Under the pieces are notes generated by a model. That model did not search any database, was not told the DNA's origin, and saw only the letters and a program-made list of their open reading frames with translations. Shown here piece after piece: positions 55,201 through 64,000 of a stretch of DNA of 64,000 nucleotides. The position numbers and the translations under genes are program-made. Location of the stretch: assembly GCA_965240325.2 (NCBI GenBank), contig OZ251222.1:3782001-3846000 (forward strand), in the 5' to 3' direction. This DNA is from Rebecca billardiae RCC1528 (lineage: Eukaryota; Protista; Haptophyta). Position 1 is the first letter of the stretch, and each line of letters starts with the position of its first letter.

Positions 55201-58200
55201 CGCCGCGCGCGCCACCGAGAGCGGCGAGCTGGGCGAGCTCGGCGCCGCCGCCTCGCCGCGCCGTGCGTGCGCGCCCGCGCCGAAGAGGGACGTCGTCACG
55301 GGCGCTGCGCACAGCGTGCGCGCACCGTCCGCGCCCGCGCCCGCGCCCGCGCCCGCGTCCGCGTCCGCGGCGTCAGCGTCGGCGTCGTCGTCGTCGGCCT
55401 CGGCGTCGGCGTCGGCGTCGGCCGCGCGTGCAGCGTGCGCGTCGTGCGCCGTGCCGTCGATGCCGTCGATGGCTTGGAGGCTGAGCTGCACGAAGAGCAC
55501 GCGCTCGGCGCACCGCCCCTCCTCGCGCCCCTCCGCGCCCTCCTCCGCGCCCCGCTTGGCCCACAGCGCCGTGCCGGGCGCGAGCGCGAATTGCTTGCTC
55601 AGCGCGCCCAGCAGCTCGACGTCGAGCGCGCGCAGCGCGGGCGGCACGGCGGCGCCGGCGGCACACGGCGGCACGCACAGCAGCGGGCTCAGGTCGAGAT
55701 CGAGGCTCGCGCGGGCGCACGCCCGCGCCGCCGCCGCCACGTCCGCCGGCTCCACGCGCGCGCCGCCCGCCGCGCCGAGCGCCGCCCGCGCGCTCAGCGC
55801 AAACAGGCGGCCATGCTGCCGCAACAAATCCGTTACGCGCGGGTGTAACGGCTCCGCCCCGCCCGCTCCCTCAGGGACGGCGCTGTCGCTCGGGCCGGCG
55901 GCGGCTGGGGTGTGCGGAGGCGGCGGGGCGTGCGCAGAGCCGTGGGCGAGCCAGCGCGCGAGCAGCTCGTCCACGCGCACGTCGTACAGGTGCGCCTCCA
56001 TCGCCACCGCACCCGCCTCCGTCGCCACCGCACCCGCCTCGGCGGCCGCCGCACCGGCGGGCGCCGGGGGCGCGGCCGCGGGCGCGGCCGCGGCCGCGGG
56101 CGCGGCGGCGGGCGCGGCGCCGGCGTCGACGGCGGGCTCGGTCGCGTCTGCGGCGAGCTCGCCGTGCGGCAGCGTCGCGAGCGGGCGCGGCGTCGCGGGC
56201 CAGCCCACCCACTGGCACAGCTCGCACGGCGCGCGCGCCCCCTCAGCCTCGGCGGCCGGCTCGGCGCGCGGCGCGCGCGCGCCGCCGCCCGAGCCGCCGC
56301 CGCCGCCCGCGCCGCCGCCGCCGCCCGCGCCGCCGCGCGCGGGCGCGGGCGCGCAGCTGAAGCCGGGCAGCAGCAGCACGCGCGCGCGCCCCTCGCTCGC
56401 GTGCAGCACGTACGCGCGCGGCTCGAGCTCGGGCCGCGCCGCCGCGCCGTCCGCCGCCGCCGCGCCCGCCGCCTGCGGCCGCAGCGGCACTCGCGCCGGC
56501 AGCGGCGCCGCGCCCGCCTCCACCAGACTGCGGTGCCACCGGCGCAGCAGCGCGCAGCTGTGCCCGCCGAGCGCCGCCTCGGCGGCGGGCGCGGACGCGG
56601 CGGCGGCGGCGGACGCCGCGCACTCCGCGCCCGCGCACCCGCCCTCCTCCGCGCCCGCGCACCCGCCGCTCGCCGCGCCGCCGCCCCCGGCTCGCGCGCC
56701 CGCGCCCGCGCCCGCCGCGCCGCGCGCCGGGGGCGCAAAGAGACGCAGCCTGAGGACAGACGGCGCGCTGCCTTCGAGGAGGGCGGTGAGCTGGCGGGAG
56801 CGGGCGTCGGGCGGTGCGCCGCGCGGGCCGGCGCCCCCGCGCACGCCGCACAGCCACTCCAGCCCGCCCAGCGCCGCGCCCATCTCCGCATCCGCCGCCA
56901 GCAGCGCATCGCACGCACACACAAGGCGCGCATCGCGCGCCGCGGCGCGGCCGAGCGCGAGCGCGCGCGGCACCGAGCTCAGGGGGGCGGCGGCGGGGGC
57001 GTGGTCGGGCGCGGCGGGCTCGGGCGCGAGGGCCGGCGCGCACGGCGCCGCGCCCTCCGCGCGCGCGTGCGGCTCGAGCCACGTGCTCGCCACCACGTGC
57101 CACGCGCCGCCGCCCTCCTCGCGAGCCACCGACACCAAGGATTGCGCGAGCGCGAGCGCGCGCGCGCCGCCGCCGGCCGGCGCGCGCTCGGCCGGCGGCG
57201 CGGCGAGGAGGAGGCACGCGTCGCGCAGCTCCTGCTCGCCGCCCTCGCGCCCGCGCAGCGCGTCGTCCAGCGCGCCGCGCGCGCCCGCGCCCGCGCGCCC
57301 GCCGCCGCCGCCGTCCGCGCCGCCGCCTCCAAACCCCAGGCTGAGGCGCGCGGCGCGCAGCGCGGCCGCGAGGCGGCCGGCAAGCGGCGCGGACGCCAGC
57401 CGCCACGCGCGCGCCTCGCAGCGGAGGTACGGCGCGAGGGCGAAGCACGGCTGCGCGGCGGTGAGCGGCAGCACGCCCCCGCCGCCGCCGCCGCCGCCCG
57501 CCGCCGCGCCACCGCCGCCCCCCGGCCGCTCGCCCAGCCCCGCGCGCGCGGCGGACAGCGAACACGCGCCGCCCAGCGGCGGCAGTGGCGCGAGCAGCGC
57601 GCTGCCTTGTCCGTGGCCGAGGGCGCGGAGGCGCGCGTCGCGCAGCGCGCGCTCGCTGAGCACGAGCGGGGAGAGCGGCCGCGCGCTGAGCAGAAGCCGC
57701 ACCCGCGCCCCGCCCGCGCCGCCCACCGCGCCGCGCGCCGCGCGCAGCGCGCGCGTCACGCGCGCCGCGAGGCCGGCGCGCTGCGTCGGGCGCGCGTGCA
57801 CGGCCGCAACGGCCAGCGTCAGCAGACGCGCGGCGGCGGGCTCGAGGCGGAGGAGGAAGAGCGCGGGCGGCGGGGGCGGCGGCGGCTCGGGCTCGGACAA
57901 CGGCGCGCGCGCCGCCGCGCCCGAGTCCGCCTCGACGCCGCCCAGCGGCTCGGAGATGGCGCGCCGCCGCCGCCGCGCGCGCCGGCCGCCGCCGACCGCG
58001 CCGCCGCCGTTGCCGCCGCTGCCGCCGCCGCCGCCGCCGCCGCCGCCACCGCCGCCGCGCAGCTCGGCCGTGGCGTCAGCCTCGGAGTTGCGCTTCGAGC
58101 GCGCGCAGCCGCCAGCGTCGGTGCCGACTGCGCGCGCCATCACCGCCGCCGCCGTCGGCGCCGGCGGTGCGCCGCCCTCCGCGCCGCCGCGCTCCGCACC

Positions 58201-58235
58201 CTCCGCCGCGCCACCCTCCGCACCGCCCGCGCCGC

Positions 58236-58287
<52 letters not shown>

Positions 58288-59492
58288 CGTGAGCAAGTAG
58301 ACTGCGGTGCCGGCGCCGAGGGGGACGAGCTGCGCGCCGAGCTCGGCGCGCAGTGCAGCCCAGACAAGCTCGGCTGCGCCGTGCTCGCTGCTCAGCGCCA
58401 CCGCGCGCCGCCCGCCGCCGTGCCCGCCGCCGACGCCGCCGCCGCCGCCGCCGGCACGCGTCGCGCCCGCGTCGTCGTCGGCGGCGGCGCCGCCGTCGGC
58501 GCCATCAGTGCACAGCGGCACGAGCGTGCAGCGCTGCACGCTGAAGAGCGGGTCGAGGTGCGCTGGTAGCGGCGCCGGCGGCGCCAGCGCCGGCCACGCC
58601 GCGCGTGCGCCCTGCTGCCCAGCACCGCCCGAGCCCGCCGCCGCCGACCCCGCCGCCGCCGACCCCGCCGCCGCCGCCGCCGCGCCGCCGCCGCCGGGCG
58701 CGCGGCAGGCGCCCTCAGCCGCCGCCCGGTCTGCGCGCGCGCACAGCAGCGGCGCCGCGGCGCGTGAGAATGCGCGGAGCGCCTCGAGCGCGCCGTCCGG
58801 CATCCCCGCCGCCGCCTCGGGCTGTGCCGCCCGCGCGCCCACGCCGCCCGCACTCGCGCTCGGCGCCGGGGCGGTCTCGGCGTCGGCGGGCGGCGCGCCG
58901 CGCTCAGCGGCCGCGCTCGCAGCTGCCAGCGCCTCGGCGGCGGGCGCGGCCGCGGCGAGGGCGGCGCTCAGGCTGGCGAGCTTGCTGTCTGCGCGACGGA
59001 CCGACCGCACGAGCGACGTGAGCTGCCGCGCCTGCTGCCACTGGCCGCTGTGCGCAGATGCGAATGCTCCGCCGCCGCCGCCGCCGCCGCCCGCATCGGC
59101 GGCGCCGCCGTCCGCGGATGTGGAGCGGCGCGCGCGCCCCGCGGCGGCGGCGCCACCCGCCGCCGCCGGCCGCCGCGCGGCGAGCAGCGCGTGCAGCCGC
59201 GCGGGCGGGCCGACGAAGCTGAGCTTGACGCGCACCTCCAGCCGCCGTGCGCCCGGACCGGACGGGGGCGCGCCGCGCGCGCCGCCGCCGCGCCCATCGC
59301 GCCCGCCCCGCGGCGTGCCGCCCGCGGCGCCGAGCCCAGCGCGCTCGCCGCCGCCTCCAGCCTCCGCCGCCTCGCTCTGCCTGCGCGCGCGGAGGGGCGC
59401 TGCCCCGCCCGCCGCCGCGCCATCGTGCGCCCCGCTCTGCACCGCCCGCGCCGACGCCCCCTCCCGCGCCGCGCCGTGCACGCCCGCGCCTC

Positions 59493-59566
<74 letters not shown>

Positions 59567-60142
59567 TGCGTGAGAGTGATCACGCTCTCGAGCTCGAGGC
59601 CCCGGTCCCAGAGCAAGCAGGCGCGCACCTCGCACGCGGCCGACGCGCGCCACGCCGGGGGCGCGCGGCCGGGCTCGGCCGGCGGCGCGTCGCGCGGCGG
59701 CGTCGCGCCTCCGTCCTCCGCGCGGCCGCCGCCATCCGACATCACGCGGTCGTGACACGCGCCGCGCAGCTCGGCGCGCCCAAAGCCGAGCCGCAGCCGC
59801 AGGGCTAGCAGCTGGCCGAGGGCGCGCGCGGTGCCGAGGCTCGCCGGGAGCGCGAGCGTGTACGCGTCCACCAGCTCGAACCCCACCGCGGCCAGCGCGG
59901 CCGGCCCGCCCACGCCGCGCCCGGCCGACCACAGCGTCGGCGGCAGCGACGCAAACGGCGGCGGCAGCATCGCTCGCGCGGTGGTCGGCGGCGCGGCGCC
60001 GAGCAGGCGTGCGTGCAGCGCGCCGAGCCGCGCCGTGCGCGCGCACTGGCAGCGCGAGGTGGCGGCGCTGCGCGTGAGCACCGCCTCGCGTAGCACCGCG
60101 CTCAGCGCGCGGTGCACCGCGCCCACATCCAGCGAGCCGCAC

Positions 60143-60203
<61 letters not shown>

Positions 60204-61583
60204 GCTCGGCCGGCCGCTCGGCGTCCGCGTCCGGAGGGTGGGCGCAGGCGGCGTGCGCGGCGGCGCGCGCGAGGAGGAGCTGGCCCAGCCGCGCCTCCGC
60301 CGCGGGGAGCGTGTCCACGAGCACGCCGCCCGTCGCGCGGCACAGCGCGTGCAGCGCCCCGTGCATGCCACCCTCGATGTACCCAAGTGAGCGGCCCGCG
60401 CCCACCGTCCACGGCGCGCCGTCGTCTGAGCCTGCGAGGCAGTTGGCGGGTGGCGCGTGCGCGGTCGCGCGCAGCAGGCGGCGCGGCTGAGAGCCGCGCA
60501 CGCCGCGCGGGGGCTCGGCGCGCGCGCGCCGCGCCCCGCCCGCGCGCCGCGCGCACCCGACGAGCGCACGCCGATCGTGACGAGTGCGCAGTCAGTGCGC
60601 AGCAACCCGCGCGCCAGGAAGTGCGTCGGCTCAGAGTCAGGAGGCGCGGCCGCCATGTCGGTGAGCAGGACGATGGCGGGGCAGCGGGGCGCGCCGTCGC
60701 CGTCGGTCGCGCCGGGGGGCTCGTGCGGGCGCGCCTCCGCCCCGCTCTCCCCGCCGCCGCCGCCGATCGCCTCCGCGCCGCCGCTCACCGCGCCCGCGCC
60801 CTCCGCCGCGCGCTGGCCGCCGAGCGGCGGAGCGCCCGCCGCGGGCTCGGCGTCGTTGAGCTCGGCGAGGGCGAAGGCGGCGGCGTGCAGCACGTGCGCG
60901 ACGTCCGCGCCGTGCACGTGCGCGCGCCGCTCCGCCGTCGGCGCGCGCCGCAGCGAGCGCCCCAGCTCGCGCAGCCGGACGAGAAGCTCGGCCGCAAGCG
61001 GCGTCACGCGCGAGCGCGTGACGCGCGCGGCGTGCGCGAGCATGTGCAGACCGCCGGTGGCCTCGTCGTGCGCGACGACGGAGAGCAGCACGTCGGGCTC
61101 GAAGCCGCTGTGATGCCACGCAGGCGCGTCGCCCGCGCGCTCAGCCGCCGCGCCCGCCGCCGCCGCCGGCGGCGGCGGCGGCGCGACCAGCGCGATCACG
61201 GCCGCGAGAAGCGTGTCCGACATGCGGTCGAAGAGGCGCTGGTTGGGCTGGTGCGGGTCGAGCTCGAGCAGGGACTCGGAGAGGCGGAGCGCGACCACCA
61301 CGCGGTACGAGCCGAAGAGGAAGGTGACGGCCGACGACGGGTCCGCGCCGGCCGCGCCCGCGCGCGCGTCGGGCGCGTCCGAGCCCGCTCCGAGCGGCGC
61401 GCCGAGCGGCGCGCGGCCGAGCGCGTCGAGGCGGGTGGCGGGGCACGAGAGCTCGTCGAGCGGCGCGCCCTCCATGATCCAGCGCGTGCGCTCCTCGAGC
61501 GGCACGTGCCGCTCGCACAGCACCACGCCACCGTCTCGGCCGTCGGCCATGTCCTCGGCCACGGCCGGGCGATCGTGTGCCAT
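47884..61583 (-). CDS. SZT2: SZT2 (KICSTOR scaffold) homolog, ~4500 aa; exons 61583-60557 and 60431-47884
   Basis: N-terminal VTFLFGSYRVVVALRLSES..LFDRM..FEPDVLLSV, PAIVLLTD, LCRATGG, LALRLRLGF. Central LNRLLLLQQLHES..RFEC..LHE..AF..DRADWYVY..VFGVGAPSEEVT..L.SRLD..LSDADL. These parallel conserved SZT2 blocks as recalled. A phase-1 GT-AG intron (60556-60432, 125 nt) joins the two ORFs. Confidence 0.85.
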
Positions 61584-61690
61584 CGTGCGACCAGCACCAC
61601 ACGATCGCCCGATCCAGATCTTGAGTTCAGGTCTTGACCAACTGTTTGCTACTGTTGCTTTGTGCAAGCAGCAAGCGTGCGCAACAGATG

Positions 61691-62399
61691 GCAGGCCAGC
61701 AGCCATCTTGAAATCTGACCATCAGTTCTGCTGTGCTTTGTGCAACTTTCAACTTGCAGCAGGGGCGTTGCGCTAGCTGGACAAACGCCTTCCGGTCTTT
61801 TCAGATCTGCGCTTTTCAAAACGAAATGTTCTGCGCTCTGTCCAACGGCAAAGCGCGGCGGATGGCGGCTTCGCCGCCGCATGGGCGGGCGATGGCCCGT
61901 TGCCCGCATAAAACGTGCGTCGGAGGCACGGAAGCGGGCAGATGGCGCGTCGCACGCGTCGTGGAACTCGGTTGCGACGCTCGCCAGCCTCAGCGCGCGC
62001 GGCGAAGCCACGTCCATGGGCGCCCAGCGTGCAGGCGGCACGGTCACGCCGCTCGGCCGCAGCGACCGGCCTCGCACGCGTCCTTGCCGCGCGAAAGGGC
62101 ATCCCAGCTGCGGTCATTCGACTTGTGCGTCAGGAGCAGTGTGCCAGCTAGCCGACGCGCACGCGCCGCGAGCTGCACGGCGTGCGCAAACGTAGCCCGC
62201 CGAGCGTGCGCCGATGCGGCACAGCGGGAGAGGGCCCCGATCCGAAGGCGACTCTTGTCAGAGGCCCTCCGTAGCTTCGTGATCTACGAAAGCTAGCGTC
62301 CTCGCGTTTGTCCAGCTACGGCCCTTGTCCAGCTGGCGCAACGCTCCGAAGCGTGCGCAGCAGGCCAGCAGCCATCTTGAAATCTGACCATCAGTTCTG
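61691..62399 (+). repeat. 40-bp perfect direct repeat (61691-61730, 62360-62399)
   Basis: gcaggccagcagccatcttgaaatctgaccatcagttctg, each preceded by aagcgtgcgca. Confidence 0.9.
61762..62347. mobile_element. MITE-like element with ~23-bp TIRs
   Basis: ggggcgttgcgctagctggacaa versus the reverse complement of ttgtccagctggcgcaacgctcc (2 mismatches). A second inner match, gcgtttgtccagcta, lies at 62304-62318. No clear TSD for the outer ends. Confidence 0.55.
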
Positions 62400-62510
62400 T
62401 GCATCTCAGTGGCGCGGGCCGCGGTACCGTCGTGCGGCCGAACTCCGCGCGGCGCGGCGGCGGGACGCGGCGTCGCCGCGCAGCCCCTTTGGCTCGCGCC
62501 GCCCGGCGCC

Positions 62511-63635
62511 ATGGCCGCCATGGCCGCGCTCTGGCAGCTCTCGCTCGGCCTGGCGTTCACCCGTCTGTTCGACATGAGCATGCCGTCGAACGCGTCGGCG
62601 ATCTGCGAGCATCTGCCCGGGGCCGAATGCCGCGGCCTCGTCTTCGTGCACGTGGGCAAGGCCGGCGGCGACTCGGTGCACAAAGGCCTGCGCGTCGCGT
62701 GCGGCATCGGCGTGTGCAACGTGCTCGTTGACGTGCACACGTGCGACAAGGCCATTGAGGGCGTGCTCGAGTACGTGGACAGGTGGGGCCCGACGGTGTA
62801 CACGAACGGCCCGCTCGTCGCCTCGCCCGGCTACGAGGACCTGTGCGAGGCGGAGAAGGCGCCGCTGCGCGCGCGGAGCGGCGTGCCGCCGACGCTCGCG
62901 CGCACGGACCGGCTCGGCGCGCTCGTGCGCACGCTGCCGATCGTGCTGTGGGTGCGCGACCCGGTGGCGCGCGTGATCGCGTCGTGGGACTTCTTCGTGA
63001 ACATGCACTCCTGGCACAAGTACAAGGAGTACATGCTGCGCACCAACCAGTCCCTCTTCCTGCCCGACGGCTCGCCCATCCGCACGTCGGAGGTGACGCG
63101 CTTCCTGCGGCACGCGGCCGGCCCCGAGCTCGGGCTGGGCGGGCTGCAGGAGGGCGTGGAGCTCGGGCGGGTGCTCGCGGCGATGCGCGAGAAGCCGGAC
63201 CCGCTCGCCGTCGCGAGGCGCGTGTTCAGGCACGTCGACCACATCCTCACCGGACTCGCCTTCTACGTGGGCGGCGTGCGCGGGCTCGAGGCGCTGCGCC
63301 CTCGGCTCCTGTTTGTGGGCGCGGTCGAGACGATGCAGCAGAGCTGGGACCAGCTTGAGGCGGCGGTCTACGAGCGGCTGGGCCCGGGCCCGCTGCGGCG
63401 GAAGGAGAAGCTGCCGCTGCCGCCGCACACGCACGCCTCGCGCAGCGGCAGGCCGCGCCGGCCCGTCAGTCCGGAGGGCCTCGAGCAGCTGCGCGCGCTC
63501 GTGCGGGAGGACAGCGCGTGCCTGCAGTGGCTGCACGAGCGCGGCCACCTGAGCGCCGCCTACCTGCAGCGCGTGCGCGGCCGGAGCACGTACGACTACG
63601 AGCCGCCGCCGGAGAGCGAGAAGGAGCTCTTCTGA
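62511..63635 (+). CDS. Golgi-type sulfotransferase (Sulfotransfer_2-like)
   Basis: Signal anchor; 5'-PSB-like FVHVGKAGGDSV; 3'-PB-like LWVRDPVARVIASW; FVGAVE; late ED motif. Confidence 0.85.
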   Translation: MAAMAALWQLSLGLAFTRLFDMSMPSNASAICEHLPGAECRGLVFVHVGKAGGDSVHKGLRVACGIGVCNVLVDVHTCDKAIEGVLEYVDRWGPTVYTNGPLVASPGYEDLCEAEKAPLRARSGVPPTLARTDRLGALVRTLPIVLWVRDPVARVIASWDFFVNMHSWHKYKEYMLRTNQSLFLPDGSPIRTSEVTRFLRHAAGPELGLGGLQEGVELGRVLAAMREKPDPLAVARRVFRHVDHILTGLAFYVGGVRGLEALRPRLLFVGAVETMQQSWDQLEAAVYERLGPGPLRRKEKLPLPPHTHASRSGRPRRPVSPEGLEQLRALVREDSACLQWLHERGHLSAAYLQRVRGRSTYDYEPPPESEKELF

Positions 63636-64000
63636 CGCGCGCGTGCGCACGGGCGCTCTGAGAGTGAGACTGACCGGTCTGACTCGCCTCGGCTCAGCGG
63701 CCGTACGAGCGTCGTCGTGTCGGAGTGGGCCGAAGGCGTCCGAGGCCGACTCACATTATAATAATGATAATTCTGAATTCACAAGTCGTGGTGTGGGACG
63801 TTCCTCAACTGCCGTCAGAATCTGATGATGATGAGTTACTGGTATGCTAGGAGTTCTAAAGTGAGTAATGGAAGCTTCTATGATGTGCAAAACGAGCGTG
63901 GGCCAGATATTATTCCGCTATCTCTGAGATCTCAACCAATCAGTGCATATGAGGGGAGGCCTGCAGCAGCTGATTAATACACCTGCTCGTCCACCGTCGT

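Overview
Eukaryotic nuclear DNA, extremely GC-rich and gene-dense. It has short GT-AG spliceosomal introns (donor GTGCG[C/T], acceptor GCAG), a gene with a bipartite signal+transit leader, and EsV-1-7 repeats. By inference this is a secondary-plastid alga, most likely a haptophyte (Pavlovales/Diacronema-like); not verified. About 19 protein genes can be supported, many in compact head-to-head pairs: a polycystin-1-like membrane protein (5' truncated), a TIR/HET-like domain split by transmembrane helices, a PHTF/7TM-ion-channel-like protein, a nucleotidyltransferase-EamA fusion, RMT2, an SGNH/PC-esterase, a patatin/cPLA2-like lipase, a coiled-coil PP2C, CbbY, an OB-fold methyltransferase, a PTPMT1-like phosphatase, an EsV-1-7 repeat protein, a MYND finger, a LYR-ApaG protein, a ~4.5 kaa SZT2 homolog and a sulfotransferase. 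Intergenic DNA holds three ~2 kb non-autonomous TIR elements, two MITE-like hairpins, (TA)n arrays and a tRNA-derived SINE family that appears to target ACTGT. Most ORFs in the supplied track are GC-shadow artefacts. All family assignments come from motif recognition by eye; no database search was run.
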